64,000 nucleotides of DNA, taken from positions 136,388-200,387 of the forward strand of contig CAYYFE010000002.1 of the NCBI GenBank assembly GCA_964471115.1, given 5' to 3'. The notes under the pieces are model-generated. The model ran no database searches and had not been told where the DNA came from. It worked only from the letters and a program-made list of their open reading frames with translations. The stretch is from an uncultured Solibacteraceae bacterium (GTDB taxonomy: Bacteria > Acidobacteriota > Vicinamibacteria > Vicinamibacterales > SCN-69-37). Below, piece after piece: positions 25,575 through 34,458 of this stretch (positions within the stretch are counted from its first letter, which is position 1; each line of letters begins with the position of its first letter). The position numbers and the translations under genes are program-made.

Positions 25575-27302
25575 ATGACCTCAAGAGTCACGCTTGTTGC
25601 CGCACTGATGGCCTCGGTCACGCTTGCAGCACAGCAGCCGGCACCGGCGCAGGTGACGCTGCCCTCGGGTCCGATGGTGTATGGCGCACTGTCGGGCCAG
25701 TTCAACGCTGACGGCACGTTCACGATGGGCGGGGGCGGTTGGCCCGTGCTCACCGGCACATGGAAAGCCGCGGCCGGTGAAGTCGCATTCGTGTTGACCA
25801 CGCCGCCCAACGGCTGCGCTGAACCGGGGCGGTATCGATTCCAGGTCGAGGGGCCGGCCGTGCGATTCACCGCCGCAAGTCCGGACGCGTGTCAGGCCCG
25901 CCGCTACATGCTGAGCGAGTCCGTGTGGCGGCCGGCGGGCGAGAAGCCCACGCATCCCCCACGCACCATCGCGCGTACCGGCCCGGCGCGAGCGCCCAGT
26001 CTGCCTCCGGCCACATCCGCCGCCGGCAGCTGGCCGTCGTTTCGCGGCGCACAAGCGGCGGGCATCGCTGACGGCCAGAACCTTCCCGATACGTGGAACG
26101 GTCCGAAGCGCGAGCACATCCGCTGGACGCGTGCGATTGCCGGCCTGGCGCACTCCAGCCCCGTGGTGTGGGGCGACACGGTGGTGGTGACGACCGCCGT
26201 CAGCGCGCGCGGCAACGCGACGTTCAAGCCAGGTCTGTATGGTGACGGCGATTATTCCGACGATCGCTCGCGTCATCAGTGGAAGGTGATTGCCCTCGAC
26301 AAGAACACCGGCGAGGTCAAGTGGGAGCGCATCGCGGTGGAAGGCGAACCGCGAGACAAGCGTCACATCAAGTCGACGTACGCCAGCGCGTCTCCCGCCA
26401 CCAACGGACGCCTCATCGTTGCCACGTTCGGGTCGATGGGCGCGCACGCGTTCGACATGGCCGGCAACCGGCTGTGGGAAGTGGACTACGGCCGGGTGGT
26501 CATGGGCGCGTACGACCTTCCCTCGTGGGAGTGGGGACCGGCCAGTTCCCCGATCATCTGGAACGACCTGGTGATTCTGCAGGTCGATACCCACGCCGAT
26601 TCGTTCCTGCTGGCGCTGAATGCGGTGACCGGCGCCACCGTGTGGAAGACCGAACGTGAAGAGATTCCCTCGTGGGGCACACCCACGGTGGCCGACACCC
26701 CGGCCGGACCGATCCTCGTGACGAACGCGTCGAATCTCATTCGTGGCTACGACCCGCGCACGGGCAAGGAACTGTGGCGGCTGGGACGCAGTTCGAAGAT
26801 CACCGCGCCGACGCCCATCTTTGCCGACGGCCTGTGGGTGATTGCCAGCGGCCGCGCGCCCGAGCGGCCCATCTTCGTCGTCAAGCCCGACGCCGCCGGC
26901 GATCTCACGCTGGCCGACGGCCAGACCGCCAACAGCGGCGTGGCGTGGAGCAAGACGGCGCGCGGTCCGTACATGCCCACGCCGCTGGCCTATCGCGGCC
27001 AGCTGTACGTATTGGCCAACAACGGCATCCTCGACGCGTACGATCTGCAGACCGGCAAGGAGATCTATCGCCAGCGGCTGCCCAACGTGGGCAGCGGCTT
27101 CAGCGCGTCACCGGTGGCCGCCGACGGCAAGATCTATCTGTCGAGTGAGGACGGCGACGTCCTCGTCATCAAGGCGGGGCCCGTGTTCGAACACCTCGCC
27201 ACCAACGCAATGGGCGATCTGCTGATGGCCACGCCCGCGTTGTCGGAGGGCGTCATGTACATCCGCGGCGCGACGACGTTGTTCGCGGTCGGAGGGAAGT
27301 AG
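25575..27302 (+). CDS. Secreted PQQ-like (BamB-type) beta-propeller repeat protein
   Basis: ATG 25575 gives the signal peptide [21 protein letters not shown]. Propeller-blade motifs repeat ([78 protein letters not shown]). Confidence 0.8.
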   Translation: MTSRVTLVAALMASVTLAAQQPAPAQVTLPSGPMVYGALSGQFNADGTFTMGGGGWPVLTGTWKAAAGEVAFVLTTPPNGCAEPGRYRFQVEGPAVRFTAASPDACQARRYMLSESVWRPAGEKPTHPPRTIARTGPARAPSLPPATSAAGSWPSFRGAQAAGIADGQNLPDTWNGPKREHIRWTRAIAGLAHSSPVVWGDTVVVTTAVSARGNATFKPGLYGDGDYSDDRSRHQWKVIALDKNTGEVKWERIAVEGEPRDKRHIKSTYASASPATNGRLIVATFGSMGAHAFDMAGNRLWEVDYGRVVMGAYDLPSWEWGPASSPIIWNDLVILQVDTHADSFLLALNAVTGATVWKTEREEIPSWGTPTVADTPAGPILVTNASNLIRGYDPRTGKELWRLGRSSKITAPTPIFADGLWVIASGRAPERPIFVVKPDAAGDLTLADGQTANSGVAWSKTARGPYMPTPLAYRGQLYVLANNGILDAYDLQTGKEIYRQRLPNVGSGFSASPVAADGKIYLSSEDGDVLVIKAGPVFEHLATNAMGDLLMATPALSEGVMYIRGATTLFAVGGK

Positions 27303-27305
27303 GGC

Positions 27306-27335
27306 GGAGCGCCGGACCTTGAGGCCCGGCGCTCC
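27306..27335. terminator. GC-rich hairpin between convergent genes (possible bidirectional terminator)
   Basis: GGAGCGCCGG-(10 nt)-CCGGCGCTCC is a perfect 10-bp stem, 4 nt after the stop at 27302. It has no U-tract. Confidence 0.45.
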
Positions 27336-27343
27336 CTCCGTCG

Positions 27344-27742
27344 TCAGTTGCCGCCGCGGCCTCCGCGCCGCTGCTTGAGCGTCGCCAGCTGTTCTGGTGT
27401 GAGCACGGCCTCGATGTCGGCGCGCAGCTTCTCGTGCAGCGCCTTCACCTGCGCCTGCTGTTCCTCGGTCAGGTTCAGTCCACGCAGCGCCATGCCGCGG
27501 CCCGGTCCGCCTCGCCGGAATCCCGGCCCCTGCCGGAGGCCCTGTCCCTGGCCGGGACCGAGGCCCTGACCGCGGCCAAAGCCGGGACCGCCGCGGCGCA
27601 TGCCCGGCCCCTGCGGGCCCGGGCCGCGCTGCTCGAAGCGCGGCCGCGCCTGGTCGGTATCGGACGTCTGCGCGGGTGAAGCGATCGTGGTGCCCCCGGC
27701 GGCGAGGGCGGCAATAGCAAGAGTCGTGAGCGCGAGTTTCAT
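27344..27742 (-). CDS. Periplasmic Spy/CpxP-family (LTxxQ-motif) protein
   Basis: 132 aa with a signal peptide and a Gly/Pro/Arg-rich linker. Two LTxxQ motifs are present (LNLTEEQQAQVKAL, LTPEQLATLK). Confidence 0.7.
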   Translation of the reverse strand: MKLALTTLAIAALAAGGTTIASPAQTSDTDQARPRFEQRGPGPQGPGMRRGGPGFGRGQGLGPGQGQGLRQGPGFRRGGPGRGMALRGLNLTEEQQAQVKALHEKLRADIEAVLTPEQLATLKQRRGGRGGN

Positions 27743-27796
27743 AGCGGCCTCCTTGTCTGAATGGTGAGACCCGCCAGCCCTCGAAAATATTCCCGC

Positions 27797-27810
27797 AGTG
27801 CGGAGTGCGG
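27797..27810 (+). repeat. Two AGTGCGG heptamers
   Basis: The sequence agtgcggagtgcgg lies in the divergent intergenic region. Confidence 0.8.
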
Positions 27811-27865
27811 GCGGGTTGGGGTGGCTGGCACAACTCTCGCAACGTGCCCCCGCCGGAGGTGACGA

Positions 27866-28627
27866 GTGCGTCCTCTTCTGGCAGCAGCACTATTGTGCAG
27901 TGTCTCGACCGCCGCGTTCGCGCAGACCGACGTGACGGTGTCGAGAGAAGTCTTCTCCCTTCGAGACATCGCCCGGACAACCACCCCTGTGGATGCCTCG
28001 CCGGTCAGTTGGCGGGGCGTCGGCCAGGGCATCGTGATCGCCAGGCGATTCGAGACACCACGCCGCACCCATCTCCTGCAACTGGGTGCGGCGACCGTTG
28101 GGAATTTTTCCTACGACAACGGAATCCGCCGTGTGGATCTGGCGGGCGCTGACCGCTTTCGCGCAGTCGAGGTGCGCTACGAATATCGTCGCTATCTGGT
28201 GACAAACCTCGTCGTCACCGGACTCGACGTGGGCGCCGCGCTGCGCGGCGGACTTGGCGGGACGAGCCTGACGCGCACGATCGCCGGCGGATTGGAGTCG
28301 GGCGAGCGCCGGCTTGGCAGCGCGGCGGCGCTGGTGTTGCTGGCCCGGTTCCGGCCGTCGCCGCGATTCCGCATCGAGGCCGGGTGGGCCAACGGCGTTC
28401 ACGTTGCGCGTGCGACCGATTGGCACTCCGCCTCTCCGCTCGCGGATCGCACACGGTGGGGCGGCGGCTGGCTCACGGATGTGAATGCGGCAGCCTCGGT
28501 TGGCCTGACCTCACGCGTCTCGTTGTCGCTGCGGTATGACCAGTGGGACGATGCGCAGTTGTCGTCGCACCGGCACCTGACGGCACGCCGGCACAGCGTG
28601 GGTGTGGGGGTGACGTATGCGCGCTGA
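27866..28627 (+). CDS. Hypothetical secreted protein, possibly an outer-membrane beta-barrel
   Basis: 253 aa with a signal peptide ending AAFAQ. Hydrophobic and polar residues alternate with many Arg/Tyr/Gly, consistent with beta strands. I recognise no family. Confidence 0.5.
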   Translation: MRPLLAAALLCSVSTAAFAQTDVTVSREVFSLRDIARTTTPVDASPVSWRGVGQGIVIARRFETPRRTHLLQLGAATVGNFSYDNGIRRVDLAGADRFRAVEVRYEYRRYLVTNLVVTGLDVGAALRGGLGGTSLTRTIAGGLESGERRLGSAAALVLLARFRPSPRFRIEAGWANGVHVARATDWHSASPLADRTRWGGGWLTDVNAAASVGLTSRVSLSLRYDQWDDAQLSSHRHLTARRHSVGVGVTYAR

Positions 28628-29414
28628 ACTTCGTCCTCGTGTCGTCGGCGCGATCGTGGCGCTGTCAATCGTGGCCGGCGCCGGCTGCGACATGCGGTAC
28701 GGTCCGACGCGGCCGGATGTCGACTGGCGCGTCGAGACCATCGGCCGGTTCACCTTCCACGTCCGCCCGGGATCATTCGCCGAGCAGCACACGGTCACGT
28801 TTGCGGCTGTGCTCGAGGATCAGCTGCAGGCCACCGTCCGGACGCTGAACCATCAGTACGACGGGAGGCTCTCGTTGTATCTGTATCCCAACGGCGCGGA
28901 GGCGGGGTTTGGCAACGATGGTGGCGGCGGCAACCACAGCGGCGTCGCGTATCCGGAGACCGAGACGGTGAAGGTCTCGGTGGTGGCGCCGCTCGACGGC
29001 AACCTGCTGTCGCTGCTGGCGCACGAGGCGAATCACGTGTACATCCGGAACGGGCTCGGCCGGCCGGGGACGTCGTTCATCAATGAGGGGCTGACCTCGG
29101 CGCTGGTGTCCGAGCGGCTGGGCGCGTACGGCCCGACGGTCTATCACCAGTGGGTGCGCGCGCGACTGACGCAGATTCCGTCGATCGCGGACCTGACCGA
29201 CGACACACGGTGGGGGCAGTACCACTCGTCGACGGCCTACACGGTCTCCGCGTCGTTTCTGGCGTACGTCTCGGACAGGTATGGTCCGACGCCGCTGCGG
29301 TTGATCTACTACGCCTCGTCGCGCGACTTCGCGCGGGTGTTTCAGCAGGCGTACGGGCGATCGCTGGCTGACGCGGAATCCGACTGGCGCGCGTTTCTCG
29401 CCAATCCCCAGTAG
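28617..29414 (+). CDS. Putative zinc metallopeptidase (HExxH), possible lipoprotein
   Basis: 265 aa. A Cys follows the N-terminal hydrophobic stretch (LSIVAGAGC). The motif HEANHVYIRNG is followed by INEGL, suggesting a gluzincin-like third ligand. Confidence 0.6.
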   Translation: MRAELRPRVVGAIVALSIVAGAGCDMRYGPTRPDVDWRVETIGRFTFHVRPGSFAEQHTVTFAAVLEDQLQATVRTLNHQYDGRLSLYLYPNGAEAGFGNDGGGGNHSGVAYPETETVKVSVVAPLDGNLLSLLAHEANHVYIRNGLGRPGTSFINEGLTSALVSERLGAYGPTVYHQWVRARLTQIPSIADLTDDTRWGQYHSSTAYTVSASFLAYVSDRYGPTPLRLIYYASSRDFARVFQQAYGRSLADAESDWRAFLANPQ

Positions 29415-29435
29415 CGCGGCCGGATCTCCGCGCGC

Positions 29436-29477
29436 AGTGCGGAGTGCGGAGTGCGCAGTGCGGAGTGCGGAGTGCGC
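29436..29477 (+). repeat. AGTGCGG/AGTGCGC heptamer array (6 units)
   Basis: The array follows the REP-like GTAGCGCGGCCGGATCTCCGCGCGC, which contains the TAG stop of the upstream gene. Confidence 0.9.
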
Positions 29478-29526
29478 ATGCACCCCTTGACCTTTCCAGT
29501 AAATATCCATATGGTTATGTAACGAT

Positions 29527-29913
29527 ATGGCTATTCACGGAACGCCTGATCCCCTGTCGGCCACGCTGCTCGCCCTGGCCGACCCGACGCGGCGGGCCAT
29601 CCTGGCGCGGCTGGCGCTGGGGGAGGCCTCGGTGGCTGAACTCTGTGAGCCGTTCGAGATCAGCCAGCCGGCCATCTCCAAACATCTGAAGGTGCTCGAG
29701 CGCGCCGGGCTCATCACCGCCGGCCACGATCGGCAGCGCCGGCCGCGGCGCATCGAAGGGGTGCGCCTGGCCGAAGTCCACGCGTGGCTCGAGCAGTACC
29801 GCGAGATCTGGGAGCACAGCTTCGGCCGACTGGACACGCTGCTGGAGGAACTGACCACAAGGTCCACAAGGTCCACAGGGTCCACAAGGTCCACAGGGAG
29901 GAAGAGACGATGA
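29527..29913 (+). CDS. ArsR/SmtB-family transcriptional regulator with a repeat-encoded C-terminal tail
   Basis: The HTH is LADPTRRAILARLALGEASVAELCEPFEISQPAISKHLKVLERAGLI. The tail TTRSTRSTGSTRSTGRKRR is encoded by nonamer repeats. Confidence 0.9.
   Translation: MAIHGTPDPLSATLLALADPTRRAILARLALGEASVAELCEPFEISQPAISKHLKVLERAGLITAGHDRQRRPRRIEGVRLAEVHAWLEQYREIWEHSFGRLDTLLEELTTRSTRSTGSTRSTGRKRR
29854..29897 (+). repeat. Tandem nonamer GGTCCACA(A/G) x about 4.5, inside the arsR-like CDS
   Basis: The sequence is accacaaggtccacaaggtccacagggtccacaaggtccacaggg. Confidence 0.9.
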
Positions 29914-30410
29914 CGGGATTTGAGAAGGCGGTAGTGACGTTGCCAAGTGATCGTGAAGTGCAGGTGGTGCGCAGTTTCAAGGCGCCGCGCGCGTTGGTGT
30001 GGCGCGCGTTCACCGATCCGGCGCTGGTCACGCGCTGGATGCTGGGGCCGCCCGGGTGGACGATGCCCGTGTGTGAGATGGATGTGCGCACCGGTGGGGC
30101 GTACCGCTGGCGCTGGCGCAGTGACGATGGCGGGATGGAGTTCGGCTTTTACGGCACGTTCACGGAGGTCGAGCCCGAGGTGCGCACCGTGCACGTCGAG
30201 CACTACGATCCGGGCACGACCGGTCAGGGCATGGGCGACGGATATTCCACCATCACGACGACCTATGCCGAGACCAACGGCGTCACGATCGTCACGATGC
30301 TGATGAACTTCGGGTCCAAGGCCAACCGCGATGCCGCCGTCGCCACCGGCATGACCGATGGCATGGAAATGGGCCACCAGCGCCTCGACGCACTGCTGCA
30401 GACGATGTGA
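29910..30410 (+). CDS. SRPBCC-superfamily protein (AHSA1/activator-of-Hsp90-ATPase-like)
   Basis: ATG 29910 overlaps the arsR stop (ATGA). The sequence is MTGFEKAVVTLPSDREVQVVRSFKAPRALVWRAFTDPALVTRWMLGPPGW...YRWRW. ArsR + AHSA1 is a classic pair. Confidence 0.85.
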   Translation: MTGFEKAVVTLPSDREVQVVRSFKAPRALVWRAFTDPALVTRWMLGPPGWTMPVCEMDVRTGGAYRWRWRSDDGGMEFGFYGTFTEVEPEVRTVHVEHYDPGTTGQGMGDGYSTITTTYAETNGVTIVTMLMNFGSKANRDAAVATGMTDGMEMGHQRLDALLQTM

Positions 30411-30459
30411 AGTGCAGAGTGCGGAGTGCGAAGTGCGGAGTGCGCGGTGCGGTGTGCGT
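30411..30459 (+). repeat. AGTGCGG-family heptamer array (7 units, degenerating)
   Basis: The units are agtgcag agtgcgg agtgcga agtgcgg agtgcgc ggtgcgg tgtgcgt. The array starts right after the TGA at 30408-30410, between convergent genes. Confidence 0.85.
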
Positions 30460-30478
30460 GTTTGTGGCGCGATGACGT

Positions 30479-31354
30479 TTACGGGGCCTGAACCTTGACA
30501 CCGGAACTGCAGCACGGGGCGGGCACGAAGCGAATCACCGACGACATCAGGTAACACATCGACGGGTCGCCGGGGTTCGGGTGCCCGGCGCGCACGAACG
30601 TGAAGGCGCGACAGGAGGCGTTCTGCGCGCAGTCGGCCCTGCAGCGATCGGCGGACCCGGCGGCGTACGTGGTCAGATACACGCCTTCGAGACTGGCCTG
30701 CGTGTTGTCGTTCCAACGCGTGGCGTCCTTGCGCCGGGCGGCATCGATGATGGCGAGCGCGCCGATGATCCCACCGAGGATGGCCTGGGTCTTGTTCGAC
30801 CGTGGCGCCGGTGGCGCAGCCGCCGGCGCGGGTGTGGGCGGTGCAGGCGCCGGGCCGGTGGCGGGCGGTGTCGTCGTGGGCTTGGGCAGGCCCGAGACCT
30901 CGTAAAACGCGGCCTCCGACAGGTGGGAGACACGTTCCACGCCGGTGGATTCGTCAGCGCCGGCGTAGACGAACGCCAGCCACGCGCCGGCTCCGAAGTA
31001 CTCCACGAGTCGATTGTCGCGCGCGGCCCGAAGGGCCGGCTCGGCAAGACCGTAACTGGAGGTCAGCGCCCGACGGGTGATGGGCGGCGCCAGCACCGCG
31101 TCGATCCGTCGCGTGCGTGCCTGGTCGCCGGCGCCGTCGAACTCGACCTCCACTCGTGTGATCCCGGTGACGCCGCGATACTCACTGAGCGTGGCCGACA
31201 CGACGCGGGACGGCGCCCCGAGGGCCGCGTCGACCTGACCTCGCGTGCTCACGCCGGGCGTCACATCCTGGTAGGACCGCTGTGCGTGTGCGGCACCGGC
31301 GAGCACGACGGCCAGGGCGGCGGCGAGTACGCACCTTCGTCGCGGCGTCATCAT
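30479..31354 (-). CDS. Secreted/membrane protein with Pro-rich linker, TM segment and C-terminal PAN/Apple-like Cys domain
   Basis: The start MMTPRRRCVLAAALAVVLAGAAHAQ is a signal peptide. A linker (TTTPPATGPAPAPPTPAPAAAPPAP) and a helix (AILGGIIGALAIIDAA) follow. The C-terminus reads CRADCAQNASCRAFTFV...SMCYLMS, a PAN-like C-x3-C-x5-C...C pattern. Confidence 0.6.
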   Translation of the reverse strand: MMTPRRRCVLAAALAVVLAGAAHAQRSYQDVTPGVSTRGQVDAALGAPSRVVSATLSEYRGVTGITRVEVEFDGAGDQARTRRIDAVLAPPITRRALTSSYGLAEPALRAARDNRLVEYFGAGAWLAFVYAGADESTGVERVSHLSEAAFYEVSGLPKPTTTPPATGPAPAPPTPAPAAAPPAPRSNKTQAILGGIIGALAIIDAARRKDATRWNDNTQASLEGVYLTTYAAGSADRCRADCAQNASCRAFTFVRAGHPNPGDPSMCYLMSSVIRFVPAPCCSSGVKVQAP

Positions 31355-31362
31355 CGACTCCG

Positions 31363-34302
31363 TCACTTGCACGCCTTGCGCGTCCACGTGCCCATTCGGG
31401 TGGTGCCCTCAGTGAACACCGCGCTGCCCTTGCCCTCCACCGTGGTGATCCGAATCGACTCCAGCCCGAGGCTGATCGTGATGGTGCCCTCGCGGCCCCC
31501 GGATTCGCCCTTGTTGCAGCTCAGGCAACCAGGGCTGTGCCAGGACCCTGTGAACGTCCCAGTCAGCTCGCCGTTCTTGTATGACGCCTGGAAGCTCCCC
31601 GATTCCTGATGCTTGATCTTGCCCGCATAACTCCAGCTGCCGGAGGCGTCACCGCCCGAAGCACTCAGGGTCAGGCTCCAGCAGACATCCGCATTGCCCG
31701 AGTACCAGGCCCCCGACATCTGTTGAAGCCGCGACGCGACGTCGGCGCTCACTGGCGTGGGCGACGCCGGTGGACCGCCCGCTGGTCCCGCACCGGCACC
31801 CCGCCCCCCGCCTGGTGGATCGCCCGGCGGGGGCGGAGGCGGCCCTCCGCGTCCGCCCAGGCCCGCCGGTACGGTCTCCACCGGCGCCGCCGCAGCGACG
31901 CTGATGGTGATCGAATCCGTGCCTTCGGGATGAATGGCCGTGACGACGATCCGGCGCCCGGCATCCGCAGCGGTCGTGGTGATTCGGTTTGACGGCGACC
32001 AGCGCACGTCGCCCGTCAGGTCGACCGTCGACGCGGGTGCGTTCGACCAGATGCCCAACGCGCGCAGCGTGATCGTCTCGCCGGCCTTCAGGGTCACATC
32101 GCGCGGCTCGATGCCGAACCGGCTCAGCGTGCGCGTCGGGCGGGGCGGATCCGGCGTCACCGGTGGTGGGACCGGCGGTCTGGGTGGGGTCGGCGGCGCG
32201 TTCGGCGGCGTCGGTGGTCCCGGTGGGTCCGTCGGCGGCGTGACTGTCGATCGGCAGCCGAGTTCGTCGTTGAAATACCGGCTGATTTGGTCGGCGCGCG
32301 CGCCCGCCTCACTCCGGCTCATGTTGGCGCCGATGAGCTCGTAGGGCGGTCCGTATCGTCCACACTGCGCGATCGCGACATGGAAACACCGCGGCGCGTC
32401 GCCCGTGAGTTTGTACCGCCACACACACAGGTCGCCGCCCGATCCGGCGGCGACCACCGCGGGAGGCACGGGTCCCCCCGATCCATCACCGTAGGGGGTG
32501 TTGGCCGGCACGACACTCAATTGAAGCGGCAGGACGACGCGGCCGTGGCCGGTCTGGCTCACGACAATCTGCGCCATCACCGTGGTGCCCGGCTTCGCGC
32601 GTTCCGACGCCGCGAAGCCCTGGTGGAAGACGTAGCGCTGCGGATAGTCGCTGGCGGCCGTCGAATGCATCGTACCCGGGTCACTCGCGGTGTTGCCCGG
32701 GGAGGCCGAGACCCCGGCCGAGGACGGCGTGAACGCGATATCGACTCGCACCGGCGCGCTGGTCGACGTCAGCCAGCCGGTGACGATGACGTCGCAGATT
32801 TCACCGGGACGACCGGGGCGCAGCTGCAGTGCCGGTCCGCAGTCGAGTGACGCGCGCAGCGGCGCCGCCGGCGCGTTTGGCGCCTGCCCATCGCCGATCA
32901 CCGGTGGCGGCGCCGGGACGGTGGTGCCCGCTGTTCCGGACCTGCCTCCGGATCGCGGCACAGGCGGCCTGGGGGTGGTTTCGGTGCCCGCGCCTGCGCC
33001 CGAACGAGGAACGGGCCGGGTCGGGGGGGCCGGCGCGGCGGGCGGCGGTGGCGCTCCGCCGCATGAGGACCGAAGCGCGTTCAGTTCGTCGCGGAGGGCC
33101 TCGATGCGGGGCGAGAGGCACGCAAAGGCCCCCACCGCCGTGTCGGCTCGGTGAAGTTCCGCTTCCGCCTGGGCCACGCGTGCCGTCACATCGGCGCACC
33201 GGGAGGCCCGCAGCGCGTCGGAGGCTCTGTCGGTGAGTGTGCGCGCCTGGGCGACGCGTTTGTCGACTTCCAGTTCGGCGGCGCGTCCGCGGCGCGCGTC
33301 AATGACGGCGTTGCTGATGGGGGCCTGCTGCCGGAACGATGCCGGCATCTTCTCGGCCAACGCCAGGGCGTCGGCGAACTGGCACTGGGCCACGGCGTTC
33401 AGAATGACCCGGCGCCCGTCGTGCAGCGTGCGGTGGTAGTCCAGCTGTGCTTCGGCGCCGGTCACGTCGCACTTCTGCGCTCGCGCCTGCGCGATGACGG
33501 TCTCGGCCTTGTCGAGATCGCCCGCGTCGAGCAATGGCTCCACCTGCCGGAGGAGCGGCCGGCAGGCCGCCTGGCGCGCGCAGGCGTCCGCCTCGGTGAG
33601 CAGGTCGCTCGCGAGCAGGAGCGAGCCGGCCATGCGTGAGGCGGCCTCGCCGATGGCCGTGACGTCTGCGTCAAGCGACGTCACCCGGCACGAGGGATTG
33701 GCCGCGGCCTCCTTGACTCTTGCGACGACCGCCTCCTTCTCCTTCAGCGCGGTCGCCTCCGCCTGCTGGAGGCTGGCGGCGGCACCGGTGCCGTCGATAC
33801 CGAAGTTGGCCGGGAGCGTGACGCTGCCAAACGCCGCGGCGGCGTCGAGGCGTGACTTGAGCGCCTGAGGCAGGTCATGGTCCGGGTGCTCGAATCCCGT
33901 CCCTGGGGCGTAGCTCAGTTTCCACTCAGCGCGGAGCCGATCGAGGTCCGACACGATGGTGTTGCGACTGCGGGTCAGTGTCGCGGCCGCCTGCGCGCCT
34001 CGCGCGATGAGCGCGTCACCCTTGCGGCGAAGGTCGGCGGCGGCCAGCCAGTGTTTCTCGGCCGTGGCCGCCACGGCGTCGAGGTCCTCCTGACTCGGCG
34101 CCCGTTCGGCCTTGCGCCGCGCGTCAATCTGTCGCACCAGACCGGCCAGACGCTGTTGGTCGGCCAGCGCCTGATCGCGGAGTTCGTTGGCCTGCGCGAC
34201 CAGGCGGGCCGCGGCGGCGTACGTCGCGCGCACGTTCTCCGCGTCCTCACGGGAGGCACAGGCCTCGGCCGCGGAGGCCCCAAATGACAGGACGCGGTCC
34301 AC
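31363..34302 (-). CDS. Large hypothetical protein: Ala-rich helical N-half, Pro-rich linkers, Ig-like (Big_2-type) domain, Gly/Ser-rich C-domain
   Basis: 979 aa from GTG 34302, with GGAGG 5 nt upstream. This start gives no signal peptide. The segment FGIEPRDVTLKAGETITLRALGIWSNAPASTVDLTGDVRWSPSN...TDSITISV resembles bacterial Ig-like domains. The reading frame stays open upstream as far as the TAG at 34459-34461 (see findings). Confidence 0.6.
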   Translation of the reverse strand: MDRVLSFGASAAEACASREDAENVRATYAAAARLVAQANELRDQALADQQRLAGLVRQIDARRKAERAPSQEDLDAVAATAEKHWLAAADLRRKGDALIARGAQAAATLTRSRNTIVSDLDRLRAEWKLSYAPGTGFEHPDHDLPQALKSRLDAAAAFGSVTLPANFGIDGTGAAASLQQAEATALKEKEAVVARVKEAAANPSCRVTSLDADVTAIGEAASRMAGSLLLASDLLTEADACARQAACRPLLRQVEPLLDAGDLDKAETVIAQARAQKCDVTGAEAQLDYHRTLHDGRRVILNAVAQCQFADALALAEKMPASFRQQAPISNAVIDARRGRAAELEVDKRVAQARTLTDRASDALRASRCADVTARVAQAEAELHRADTAVGAFACLSPRIEALRDELNALRSSCGGAPPPPAAPAPPTRPVPRSGAGAGTETTPRPPVPRSGGRSGTAGTTVPAPPPVIGDGQAPNAPAAPLRASLDCGPALQLRPGRPGEICDVIVTGWLTSTSAPVRVDIAFTPSSAGVSASPGNTASDPGTMHSTAASDYPQRYVFHQGFAASERAKPGTTVMAQIVVSQTGHGRVVLPLQLSVVPANTPYGDGSGGPVPPAVVAAGSGGDLCVWRYKLTGDAPRCFHVAIAQCGRYGPPYELIGANMSRSEAGARADQISRYFNDELGCRSTVTPPTDPPGPPTPPNAPPTPPRPPVPPPVTPDPPRPTRTLSRFGIEPRDVTLKAGETITLRALGIWSNAPASTVDLTGDVRWSPSNRITTTAADAGRRIVVTAIHPEGTDSITISVAAAAPVETVPAGLGGRGGPPPPPPGDPPGGGRGAGAGPAGGPPASPTPVSADVASRLQQMSGAWYSGNADVCWSLTLSASGGDASGSWSYAGKIKHQESGSFQASYKNGELTGTFTGSWHSPGCLSCNKGESGGREGTITISLGLESIRITTVEGKGSAVFTEGTTRMGTWTRKACK

Positions 34303-34458
34303 ATCGGCCTCCGCCTGTTCGACGGCTTTCCTGGAGGTGCTGATGCCTTGTGCGACGGTCGCGCCCTGGCTGCACAGACTCGCCAGGGTCTTCGACGGGG
34401 TCGTGTACTGGACGCCGAGCCGGCCGGCGGCCGCCGTGAGCCGCGCTTCCTGAGCCGC

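Noticed and set aside
23986-25584. Upstream 530 aa of the 672-aa minus-strand ORF 23566..25584
   Set aside because: Only the last 139 aa form a credible PaaI thioesterase. The remainder runs antisense through the heptamer array and the PLP-enzyme gene.
27344-27742. Gly/Pro/Arg-rich ORF as a possible shadow ORF or collagen-like protein
   Set aside because: I retained it as a real Spy/CpxP-like gene because it has a clean signal peptide and two LTxxQ motifs. The low-complexity part is a linker, not a collagen Gly-X-Y repeat.
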